This document shows, one piece after another, positions 37,301 through 49,744 of a DNA stretch of 64,000 bases. Source of the DNA: Candidatus Sericytochromatia bacterium (GTDB lineage Bacteria; Cyanobacteriota; Sericytochromatia; S15B-MN24; VGJW01); contig JAYKHS010000005.1 of the NCBI GenBank assembly GCA_035285865.1, positions 58,057 through 122,056 on the forward strand, read 5' to 3'. The notes below the pieces were generated by a model, which was not told where the DNA came from, made no database searches, and saw nothing but the letters and a program-made list of their open reading frames with translations. The translations under genes were made by a program, and so were the position numbers. Numbering within the stretch: the stretch's first letter is position 1; the number at the start of each line of letters is the position of its first letter.

Positions 37301-38692
37301 TCAGGCCTGGCCGCCTGCTGCCACGGGGAAGATCCAGTCGGCGCCCAGCCTGCGGGCGGGGGGCTCGAGCCGCTCGGCAAGCCACGTCTCAAGTTGGTCG
37401 AGGCCGATGCGTACCTGACTCATGGTGTCCCGCTCCCGCACGGTGACGGCATGGTCCTCCAGGCTCTCGAAGTCGATGGTGACGCAGAAAGGCGTGCCGA
37501 TTTCGTCTTGTCGGCGGTAACGCTTGCCGATGGAACCGGTCGTGTCGGTTTCGACCGTCCAGCGAGTCCGGAGCGCAGCCGCGATCCGGGCAGCCGGTTC
37601 CGCCAGTTCCGGCTTCTTGGACAGCGGCAGGATGGCCACCTTGATGGGAGCCAGCCTGGGGTGAAGCCGCAGGACCACCCGAGTTTCCCCCTTGTCGTCC
37701 GTCTCCTCGGCATAGGCATCCACCAGAAAGGCCAGCGTCGCCCGGTCAGCGCCGGCGGACGGTTCCACCACGTGCGGAATCCAGTGTTCACGCGTGTTGT
37801 CGTCGAAAAAGGTCATGTCCTGCCCGCTGTGCTCGGCGTGCTGGCGCAGGTCATAGTCGCCTCGGTGCGCGATGCCCTCCAGTTCCGACCAGCCGAACGG
37901 GAACAGGTACTCGATGTCGACCGTGGCCTTGGCGTAATGGGCCAGTTCATCGCTGCCCTGCGCACGGCGACGCAGGCGCTCCGGGTTCAGGCCCAGGTCC
38001 AGGTACCACTGGTAGCGGGCCTCGACCCAGGAATCCCAGAGCGCGTCGGATTGGTCGGGCGGGCAGAAATATTCGATTTCCATCTGCTCGAACTCCCGTG
38101 TGCGGAACGTGAAGTTGCCAGGCGTGATCTCGTTGCGGAAGGCCTTGCCGATCTGGGCGACGCCAAAGGGCGGGCGGCGACGCGTGGTGTTCATGTGGTT
38201 CTTCGCGTTGACGAAGATGCCCTGCGCCGTCTCGGGCCGAAGATAGATGGTAGCGGCGGATTCCTCGACCGGGCCCATGAACGTCTTGAACATCAGATTG
38301 AAGCTGCGGGCCTCCGTGAGATCGCAAGTCTGATGTTGTCCGGGGCACTTGCTCGGCTTTTCGGGGCATTGGGCGTCCTCGAGCTTGTCCGCGCGGAACC
38401 GTGCCTTGCAGGTGCGGCAGTCCACCAGCGGGTCTGAAAAGGTCGCCACGTGCCCGGAGGCCACCCAGACCTCGGGGCGCATCAGGATGGCGGCATCCTG
38501 GCCGACCATGTCGTCGCGTTCCTGGACGACGGAGCGCCACCACGCCGCCTTGACGGAGTTCTTGAGCAAGACGCCGTAGGCGCCATAGTCCCAGCAGGAC
38601 GCAAGGCCGCCGTAGATCTCGGAAGACTGGAAAATCAGGCCCCGGCGTTTGGCCAGGGAGACCACCTTGTCCATGAGGTCGTTCGGGCTCAT
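37301..38692 (-). CDS. glyQS: Glycine-tRNA ligase, homodimeric alpha2 type
   Basis: SSEIYGG, ASGHV..FSDP, YLRPETAQGIF, FRNEITPGNF.FRTREFEQME, SIGKRYRRQDEIGTP. Confidence 0.96.
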   Translation of the reverse strand: MSPNDLMDKVVSLAKRRGLIFQSSEIYGGLASCWDYGAYGVLLKNSVKAAWWRSVVQERDDMVGQDAAILMRPEVWVASGHVATFSDPLVDCRTCKARFRADKLEDAQCPEKPSKCPGQHQTCDLTEARSFNLMFKTFMGPVEESAATIYLRPETAQGIFVNAKNHMNTTRRRPPFGVAQIGKAFRNEITPGNFTFRTREFEQMEIEYFCPPDQSDALWDSWVEARYQWYLDLGLNPERLRRRAQGSDELAHYAKATVDIEYLFPFGWSELEGIAHRGDYDLRQHAEHSGQDMTFFDDNTREHWIPHVVEPSAGADRATLAFLVDAYAEETDDKGETRVVLRLHPRLAPIKVAILPLSKKPELAEPAARIAAALRTRWTVETDTTGSIGKRYRRQDEIGTPFCVTIDFESLEDHAVTVRERDTMSQVRIGLDQLETWLAERLEPPARRLGADWIFPVAAGGQA

Positions 38693-38747
38693 CGGGATGC
38701 TCCAGGAGGGCCGGGGGGCAACGGCCCATGCTACACCAGCGCCGGGC

Positions 38748-39392
38748 CTAGTGCCGGATGATGACGCCGTAGCCCTTCAGGTTGACTTCTTCCGCCACGG
38801 CCAGCGCACGTTCCCGACTCGTATAGGCACCGATCTGGGCCCGGTAGAAGCGACCGTCCGACACGACCACGGCCTGCACGCCGGCTGCCTGGAGCTCCAG
38901 AATCATGTCCTCTGCCGCCTCGCGTTGCTCGTACTGGCCGACCCAGACGCGGTACACCTCTTCTGGGGCGGGAGTCGGGGTGTTGAGCGTGCCCGTGCTG
39001 AGCAGCCCCTCGTCCTCGTCCGGAGCGGGCGTCGGGCGCCGTGTGGCGCGGGGGGCAGGAGTGGGCGTCTCGGCCCACGGTGTCTCGGCGGCATCGGGAT
39101 CGGTCGCGAACAGCGGATCTGTCGTGGGTGAGGGCGATGGCGTCGGCGGGGTCCAGACCGGATAGGGCGTTTCCTTGGTCATGGGGGGGGGCGTGAGGCC
39201 CGGGGCGATGTCGCGTTTGGCGACCCCGCTGGTATAGCCATAGGTGAAGAGGAAGCCGCCGGCAAAGGCGCCTCCCGAGCACGCAACGAGGAACACCCAG
39301 TAGAGGATAAGTGCAAGGCGGCCGTCGCCGGGGGGGGGCGCGCCCGGCGGCAGGGATCGGGTCCGCGTTCGCGTCCTCGGAGGCTGGTTCAC
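38748..39392 (-). CDS. SPOR-domain membrane protein
   Basis: Single TM helix, Pro/Thr linker, YRVWVG.Y..REAA and YRAQIGAYTSRERA; GTG start chosen from the upstream -10 box. Confidence 0.82.
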   Translation of the reverse strand: MNQPPRTRTRTRSLPPGAPPPGDGRLALILYWVFLVACSGGAFAGGFLFTYGYTSGVAKRDIAPGLTPPPMTKETPYPVWTPPTPSPSPTTDPLFATDPDAAETPWAETPTPAPRATRRPTPAPDEDEGLLSTGTLNTPTPAPEEVYRVWVGQYEQREAAEDMILELQAAGVQAVVVSDGRFYRAQIGAYTSRERALAVAEEVNLKGYGVIIRH

Positions 39393-39490
39393 TGGGGGGA
39401 TCGTAGCACGCGGGGTGGGTGGCGGCTTGCGGGAGAATGTCCTAGACTGGGTGCCGTTCGGAAACGAGCTTCCGGAGGTCACTACCGCTC

Positions 39491-39913
39491 ATGGCCCACC
39501 ATCACGTCGACGTCGAAGAAGAACCTGGAACCTACCGTGCCGTCTGGGGCTGTGCTGCAGCCTTGGTAGCCGGCATTTTCGGCATCATCCTGGGCGGCCT
39601 CGAGATGAAGGTCTATCCGGGTCTTGCTCAGGCGACCCTCGGCCTCGGCGCCGTCGTCGTCCTCCTGATGGCGGCCCGTATCTTCGCCAGCCTGGATAAG
39701 TGGGGCAGCATCGGCGTCATCGCCATCGGTGTCTTCACGTGGTACTCGCCTGCGTTCTTCGGCGTGAATCCGAGCGTCGGCGATTACGTCGTGATGTTCG
39801 ATTGCTGGAAGCATGTCGGGCTTGGCCTGCTCTACGTCTACCTCGGCACTTGGGGCGCACTGGGCGCGCCCGGCAAGGTCGAACTGGAGCCTTGGTTTCA
39901 CAAGACCCGCTGA
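39491..39913 (+). CDS. Hypothetical membrane protein, about 4 TM helices
   Basis: GGAGG SD, hydrophobic helices, GC3-rich codon usage. Confidence 0.7.
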   Translation: MAHHHVDVEEEPGTYRAVWGCAAALVAGIFGIILGGLEMKVYPGLAQATLGLGAVVVLLMAARIFASLDKWGSIGVIAIGVFTWYSPAFFGVNPSVGDYVVMFDCWKHVGLGLLYVYLGTWGALGAPGKVELEPWFHKTR

Positions 39914-39934
39914 GTTCTTCCCGCGCGCCCGCCT

Positions 39935-40903
39935 GTGGAACTTTCGTGGCGCGGCAAGGGTGAGCCACTTCCGGAGTTTTCCGGGGTGTTCGGTCCGGTT
40001 GTCCCCGCAGACTTGGTCTGGTGCGGGGACAATCTGCCTTTTCTGGCATCCCTCCCCCGGGAGTCGGTTCGTGTGGCCTATCTCGATCCGCCTTACCTGA
40101 CCGGCGAGACCTTCCGTGTCGGTTCGGTCGTGGCCTATGCTGATCCGGACGCAGACCCCGATGGCTGGCTCAGAGACTTCGAGATACGCTGCCGCTATCT
40201 GGAACCGGCTCTGCTGCCTGGTGGCACCGTGCTGGTCCAGTTGGATCACAGAATGGCGCATGCCGCGCGATTCGTTCTGGAGACGGTTTTCCCCGGTGGT
40301 TTCCTGAACGAGATCGTCTGGGCGTATGGTGCCGGTGCTCTGGCCCAAGCGCGGCGCCAACTGGCACGCAAGCACGACATCCTGCTCTGGTTCGCGAAGG
40401 GTCCGGGGCATGTCTTCCATCCACCCAGGAGCGATGCACCCAGCGCCGCCATGGAGCAGCGTTGGAGGCGACATGCCGACGACCGAGGTCGGGTGACCTT
40501 CGGCAAGTTGGCGGTCGAGGGCACGACCTACGCCCGGATGGTGCGCCAGTGGAGCCGCCGCCATGGCCGTTCGCCAGCTGCTGATGACGTGGCCTTCACG
40601 CTGGGTGGGCATCTGCTTCGTTCGGTCTGGACGGACATTCCCGAGATTCGCAACAGCGTGCGCTACAGGGAGAGCACCGGCTACCCGACACAGAAGCCTC
40701 TGGCGTTGCTCGAGCGCCTGATTGCCATGGCGACCCATCCGGGGGATCTCGTCGTGGATCCGTATGCAGGCTCAGGCACCACGCTCCTTGCGGCGCACAG
40801 GCTTGGTCGTCGTTCGTGGGGGGCGGATGCGGGGCAGGTGGCGCAGCAGACCATGCGCGTCCGGCTGGCGGATACAGGCCACGTGTTTCTTGGAGCTTCA
40901 TAG
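39935..40903 (+). CDS. Site-specific DNA methyltransferase (N6/N4, beta class)
   Basis: GDNL, YLDPPY catalytic motif, NEIVW.Y, YPTQKP..LLER.I, VDPYAGSGTT SAM motif. Confidence 0.9.
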   Translation: MELSWRGKGEPLPEFSGVFGPVVPADLVWCGDNLPFLASLPRESVRVAYLDPPYLTGETFRVGSVVAYADPDADPDGWLRDFEIRCRYLEPALLPGGTVLVQLDHRMAHAARFVLETVFPGGFLNEIVWAYGAGALAQARRQLARKHDILLWFAKGPGHVFHPPRSDAPSAAMEQRWRRHADDRGRVTFGKLAVEGTTYARMVRQWSRRHGRSPAADDVAFTLGGHLLRSVWTDIPEIRNSVRYRESTGYPTQKPLALLERLIAMATHPGDLVVDPYAGSGTTLLAAHRLGRRSWGADAGQVAQQTMRVRLADTGHVFLGAS

Positions 40904-41024
40904 GTTCTTTACCGAGATTCGTCGGCTGTCTTAACCGCGCATCGAGGCTTGAATCGCGATGGAGAAGGTGACCTGCCCCCTCCCTCGGGAAGCCACGCCC
41001 CCTTCCCCCGCCCAGGAGTGCACC

Positions 41025-41771
41025 GTGAAACCGACCCAAGCCGCTTCTGCCACGCCCCTGAATCTGGGTTTCCGTCCCGGTGACCTTAAGCCTGTGCTGG
41101 CCGTCGGGTCCTCCGGCAGCGCGGTGCGTGCCTTGCAGCAGCGCCTGAATGTTCTGGGTGCCGGCCTTACGGTCGACGGAATCTTCGGCGAGGCGACGGC
41201 AGCGGCCGTGCGCATGTTCCAGAAAGCTGTCGGGATCCTTCAGGACGCCATTGTCGGCGCAGATACCTGGCTGGCGCTGGCGACGCGGAATCCGCGCCTG
41301 ACCAAGGCCTTGCCGATTTCGACCGCCCCGAAGGGAGACGTGCTTTCCTTCTCTGCTGCTTCGACGCAGCAGCGCCAGCCCGTGCTTGAAACAGCCCTCG
41401 AGAACGGTTTTCGCGGCAATCCCTTCACGGGGCAGGCTCGGGAGTGCTTCAGGTTTGCGTGGCATGTCGCGACCCGGGCAGGCGGGCGGGACGTCTGGGC
41501 AGCCAAGGGGACCAAGGAGCATCGTTGGAAGTCCCTCGACCACCTGGGCACCTTGATGAAGCAGGGGACGCTACGCCCCGGCACTGTGGTCTATGCCAAC
41601 CGCTCCCCGGGTGCCGATCCGATGTCCACCAACCTCGCCTACGGCCCGCACTGGTTCATCTACATGGGGAAGGGCGTGTTCGCCGATCAGTACGGCAAGA
41701 CGGACCTCGCCGGAATGAAGGCCACGATCCCCGGGCGGAAGCTGGATGAGGTCTTCGACCCCTTCGCGTGA
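41025..41771 (+). CDS. Peptidoglycan-binding protein with putative NlpC/P60-like Cys-His C-terminal domain
   Basis: GSSGSAVRALQQRL...VDGIFG..T..AVR.FQ...DAIVG.DTW (PG_binding_1); ECFRFAW...PGTVVY...GPHWFIYMG. Confidence 0.75.
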   Translation: MKPTQAASATPLNLGFRPGDLKPVLAVGSSGSAVRALQQRLNVLGAGLTVDGIFGEATAAAVRMFQKAVGILQDAIVGADTWLALATRNPRLTKALPISTAPKGDVLSFSAASTQQRQPVLETALENGFRGNPFTGQARECFRFAWHVATRAGGRDVWAAKGTKEHRWKSLDHLGTLMKQGTLRPGTVVYANRSPGADPMSTNLAYGPHWFIYMGKGVFADQYGKTDLAGMKATIPGRKLDEVFDPFA

Positions 41772-41783
41772 TGGCCTCGGGTT

Positions 41784-43910
41784 TCAGGGCTCCTGCCAGA
41801 GGACGTCCCACCAGACCTCCAGGGAACCCCGATTGTCTCCGAAAAGCCAATCCTGCATCCGCAGCACGAGGGTCTCGCCTGAATCCACGAGCAGGATGGC
41901 GTCGGAGCCCACGAAGCTGGTGGGATTCGCCACACCGTAGTCGCTTTCAAGCCTCGTGCCGGCCTCGACGCGGATCAGCGCCGACTCCGGAATGAGGCCG
42001 TCGCAGGGCGTGCTGCAGATGCCCGGGGCGCCCTGTCCGTCGGGACCCTTGTAGTCGTTGCCGTGAAGGCCCCAGTTGCCCGCGGCCCGGACCCGGACCA
42101 CCTTGCGACGGAATCGCTCCGGCAGTGGGAGGGTGATGCCACTGCTGGCCGAGGCAGCGAGCGTGACGACGCGCTCAGACGAGGTGGCCGTCCCGCCTTC
42201 GTCGAGCGTGAAGGCTTCCGTGAGGTTCCAGCGAACGGTCCTTGCAGGCAGCGGGATCTGGCCCGTGCCGGGACGGACGTTGAGCCTCAGGGCCAGCTCC
42301 TGCCTCGGGGGTACGAGGTGTCCTTTCCGACCGCCCAGGACGAACAGGTTGCTGCCCGAGCGCACCATGAGGGCTCCGGTCGGCCACGCCTGGTAGAAAC
42401 CCTCGGTGTCCGGATCCGGCGTCGGCAGGACGCCTGGAGCTTCCGTGAGTTCGTAGATGGCCCACTGGTTCAGGGGGTTGCGGATCAGGACTTCCCCCGA
42501 TTCGGGACCAACCGTGACCTCGCCGTCCCGGATGAAGGTCGTCGGAGCGGGCGTTGCTCCAGGTCTCGGAGGCAGCAGGGCAACCTGATCACCGGTGCCT
42601 GCGGCGGCGACCGTCAGCGCAAGGCTTGAGGTCGGCAAGCTGCCGGCCTCAAGCGTCAGGGTGGTGCTGCCGGTCGCCGAGGCTTGGAAACGCGGTGAGT
42701 CACTGCCACCGGAGCGCGCCAGCGGCGCGTCGGGCACATTGCTCAGGCGCAACGGCCCGGCACCGGTGTTCGCGATATCCACCCACTGTCCGCCCGTGTC
42801 CCGGACATCGGCGAGCGTCCAAGGATCGAACGTGTCCCCGAGGCCGAGCCGCCACGTATTGCGACGCCATCCGAGCGACTTGACGATCCGCAGGGGGATG
42901 GCCTTGGCCGTGACAGCATCGACCCGCAGGACAAGATCGCCGTTCTGGGCCCCCGAAGGCACGCGGGCCTCGATGCGGGTATCCGAGGACCGTGTCGCGC
43001 CCGTGACCTGGACGCCACCGATCTCGAGGGTGAAGGCTCGGCCTCGGGTTTGTCCGAAGCCGGTGCCCTCGAGCACGAGCAGGGCTCCCGGTGCAGAGAC
43101 GGACGCCGTGGCGCCCGTGCCGGCATCCCGCAGCCTGTCGACGGTGACCGCGTCGGTGGCGAGGATGAGTTCGGGGGCCTGCGTGGTCTTGCCCGACGAG
43201 ACGAGGACAGCGCCCTCGCTGCGTGCATCGCCCAGCGTAGGGTGGATGGCGCGCAGGTCATGGCTGCCTGCGGCCACACCGCCGAGCGTGTAGGCCCCGG
43301 ACGCGGTGACGAAGGCGCTATAGGGGGAGCCGGGGATGAAGACCTGGGCACCAGTCAGGTCTGACGTTCCCTTGCTGTCGCGGACCGTTCCCGACAGGAT
43401 GCCCGGCGGGGTCATGGTCTGGCTGCCGATCTGCTTGATGGCGGCCTGCTCGACCGGGATCGCCTTGACGAAGACCTTGAGGGTTCCCCCCTTGTCGCCT
43501 TCGAGGTTGTAGGTACCGGTTGCCGGCAATGTCAGCAGGAAGCTGCCGTCGGACTCCGTCACCCCTTCATTGGCTGCGATGCGTCGGGTGGGGAGTGCAA
43601 GATTGCCGGCACCATTGCTGACCAGCCCGGCGGCATGGTTGCCGATGAGCGCGTCGAAAGCTTTGACGGTTGCCCCGGGGAGCGGCTGGCCAGTGCCATC
43701 GACCAGGATGCCCCAGACGGCGGGACCTTGAGGGAGAGGCTGTGGAGCCGTGGTCGCTCCTGGTGCAGCGGAAGCCAGAATGACGCCAGGACCCATGTCC
43801 AGACGCGCGGTCGGACGCGTGGCGGACTGAGTTCCTGCCACAGCGCAGCCCGCCAATGCGGTCAAGGCCAGCAAGATCATGGTGGGCACGGAAGTCGAGC
43901 GCATGGTCAT
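41784..43910 (-). CDS. Lipoprotein with carboxypeptidase-regulatory-like and IPT/TIG-like domains
   Basis: Lipobox ALAG-C; GQPLPGATV, GAQVFIPGSPY..F...SGAYTL, LVLEGTGFG...IEARVPSGAQNG. Confidence 0.8.
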   Translation of the reverse strand: MTMRSTSVPTMILLALTALAGCAVAGTQSATRPTARLDMGPGVILASAAPGATTAPQPLPQGPAVWGILVDGTGQPLPGATVKAFDALIGNHAAGLVSNGAGNLALPTRRIAANEGVTESDGSFLLTLPATGTYNLEGDKGGTLKVFVKAIPVEQAAIKQIGSQTMTPPGILSGTVRDSKGTSDLTGAQVFIPGSPYSAFVTASGAYTLGGVAAGSHDLRAIHPTLGDARSEGAVLVSSGKTTQAPELILATDAVTVDRLRDAGTGATASVSAPGALLVLEGTGFGQTRGRAFTLEIGGVQVTGATRSSDTRIEARVPSGAQNGDLVLRVDAVTAKAIPLRIVKSLGWRRNTWRLGLGDTFDPWTLADVRDTGGQWVDIANTGAGPLRLSNVPDAPLARSGGSDSPRFQASATGSTTLTLEAGSLPTSSLALTVAAAGTGDQVALLPPRPGATPAPTTFIRDGEVTVGPESGEVLIRNPLNQWAIYELTEAPGVLPTPDPDTEGFYQAWPTGALMVRSGSNLFVLGGRKGHLVPPRQELALRLNVRPGTGQIPLPARTVRWNLTEAFTLDEGGTATSSERVVTLAASASSGITLPLPERFRRKVVRVRAAGNWGLHGNDYKGPDGQGAPGICSTPCDGLIPESALIRVEAGTRLESDYGVANPTSFVGSDAILLVDSGETLVLRMQDWLFGDNRGSLEVWWDVLWQEP

Positions 43911-43945
43911 GTCCTGCCCGCCATCACGGACCTTGTCACGGCAGG

Positions 43946-47278
<3,333 letters not shown>

Positions 47279-49276
47279 CGGCATCGGCGTCATGTCGCCC
47301 TTGGGGTCATCCTCGGCTGTCGGGACACCGGATGGTCCTGCGGTGGGGACGTCCCGGGGCGACGGCGTCGATTCGGGTGCCTGCTCCGGGTCAGCGCGCC
47401 GGAACGTCAGGCCCGAATAGCGGATCAGGGTGCCTGCCGACTCGTCGGCTGCCAGTCGCCACTCTTCGCCCAGGCCGCGTCCGAATCCGCTCAACAGAGC
47501 TCTGTCGTCGCCCAGCGGCGTCAGGTGGCGGGATTCAACCGATCCGGAACGGTACCGCGTGTCGGCGATCAGGTGGCCGTCTTCCAGACGCAGCGTCACG
47601 GAGGTGACGGCGTGGGCTTCTGGGCCTGTCGGTTGCCACAAGCCGCAGGCGGATTGCCAAGGTGCGGGGAGCGGGCGCGGTTCGACCTTGCGCGCGAAGG
47701 TCCAGAATCCGCCCGGCCTCCTGAGCATCAGCCAGACGCCATCCTCTTCCACGGAGGGAATTGCCAGCATGCCGGCGAGGCGCCCCGGCGAGACGGGCAG
47801 GAAGCCCAGCAGAAGGGCCTCGAGCTTGAAACGGCTGCTGCCGTCGTCCACGATGCGCAGATCCTGCCCGGCCCACTTGAAGGCGAGGCTGTCCTTGTCT
47901 GCCCGGAGCGCGAAGGTCGCACCCGGCATGGCGTATCGACCCTCGAGGACGGCATTCGGTGGCAGGGGCGTCTTCGGTCGCGGAGGCGGCGGTACCGCAA
48001 GTCCGGTCGTCTGCTCCGCCGTGAAGGGGCGAGGGGCCTTTGCAGGTTCGAGGCCATCGAGTGCCTGCCGCGCGAGCGGGAGCAACCCCATCTCCGACTC
48101 GGCGGTATTGCTCAGCAGGACCACGCCCGTGCCACGGTCCACTGCAAGGGCCAGTTCGGTCCGGAAGGGGCCGATGACGCCTGAATGTCGCGCGAGCCAG
48201 AGCGGAGTCTCCGCTTCGATGCCGCGCAGTTGCCATCCGAGGCCAATCGCGAAGTCCAGATCCAGCGGACCCGGCGTGCCCTGGGGCAGCAGGCAGCGAC
48301 GCAGGGTCGTCGGGGCCAGGAGGACTCGACCCTGATGGTCCCGGCCGCCGCGCAGGATCGCACGGACGAATCGGCCGAGATCCTCTGCCGTCGAGACGAG
48401 CCCCCCCGCAGGCACATCGCGGATGGCCTCATCGGGCAGGGGCCGGCCTTGCTCGTATCCCTGCGCAAGCCGCGCGCTGCCGAAGCCCGAGTCGTGCATG
48501 GCAAGCGGTGTCAGCCAATGGTCCCGAATCAGGGTTTCGTACTTGCGACCCGTGACGCGCTCGAGCACGAGGCCAACCAAGGCATAGCCGACGTTGCTGT
48601 AGGCATAACCGAGGCCCGGGGGGAAAGGCAGTGGCTGGGCCGCCACGGCCTCGGGCAGGCGATCGAGTCCGTCGCGCAGGGCCTTGCGCCTTTCCCAAGG
48701 CCCCACGGCACCGGCCAGATGGTTCCAGGGCAGGCCGGCGCGGTGGGTCAGGGCATCCCTGATGGTGGGTACGCCAGCGCCTTCGGCGCGCAACTGCGCG
48801 GCACCGGGCAGGTAGGTGTCGAGCGGGGCGTCGAGGTCCAGGAGGCCTTCGTCGGCAAGGCGGGCAGCCTCCATGGCCGTGAAGAGCTTGGTGATCGAGC
48901 CGGCGCGGAAGCGCGTGCTACGACCCACGGGCTCTCCCGTCTCGCGATCGGCGATTCCGTGGAACGCCATGGCCGATTCTTCGCCCTGCACCACGACGGC
49001 GGCCCCGCCGACGGTACCGGCCTGCCCCAGTCCAGATGCAAGGCGGTTCGCCATCGCGACCAGGCTCTCCGGGGGAGGGGGGCCCTCACGGCGGACGGCC
49101 GTCGCACATCCGGCAACGAACACCAGGGTCGCGAGACAGGCGCGGCCGGCCTTGCGCGCGAGGAGGTCGGGGCGCTCACGCTGGCGCGTTCCGGAGATGA
49201 AGCCACGCATGCCATGACGGTACACGATGTGGCTCGGCATGGCGCCCACGCACCGGGCTGCGGCATCATGCAGGGC

Positions 49277-49744
49277 ATGACGGCCAGATATCAGTCGACG
49301 AAGGTCTTCCAGGGCTTCTCCACCGCGTTTCGCCAGTGGCGTGCCGAAGGTACCCACTGCGCCTTCCTGCACGGCTACGACGTCTTCTTCAAGGTATGGT
49401 TCGAGGGGGAGCCCGACAGCCGCCATTGGGTCTGGGATTTCGGTGGCATGAGTCGCTGCCGCGGCACCATCGACGGCATGTCGCCCAGGGCGTGGATGGA
49501 TCACCTGCTGGACCACACCGTCATCGCGGCCGAGGATGACCCCGAATTGGCGCGTTTGCAGGAGCTGGATCGTCTTGGCGTCCTGCAGTTGCGCGTGCTG
49601 CCGGCCGTCGGGGCCGAGGCCTTCGCGCGGCATCTTTGCGAGCGCCTCGATGCCTTTGTCCGCGAGGAGACCTCCGGGCGGGTCCGGGTCGTGCGGGTGG
49701 AGTTTTTCGAGAACGAGCGGAACTCGGCCATCTACGAACCCTGA
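49277..49744 (+). CDS. queD: 6-carboxytetrahydropterin synthase / 6-pyruvoyl-tetrahydropterin synthase family
   Basis: STK...FSTAFRQWRA..THC.FLHGY, WVWDFG, LDHT...AEDDP, GAE.FA, E.ERNSA.Y. Confidence 0.82.
   Translation: MTARYQSTKVFQGFSTAFRQWRAEGTHCAFLHGYDVFFKVWFEGEPDSRHWVWDFGGMSRCRGTIDGMSPRAWMDHLLDHTVIAAEDDPELARLQELDRLGVLQLRVLPAVGAEAFARHLCERLDAFVREETSGRVRVVRVEFFENERNSAIYEP

Noticed and set aside
48185..49276. 519-aa ORF as a long QueD fusion
   Set aside because: The N-terminal extension is antisense to the serine hydrolase; QueD motifs begin at ATG 49277
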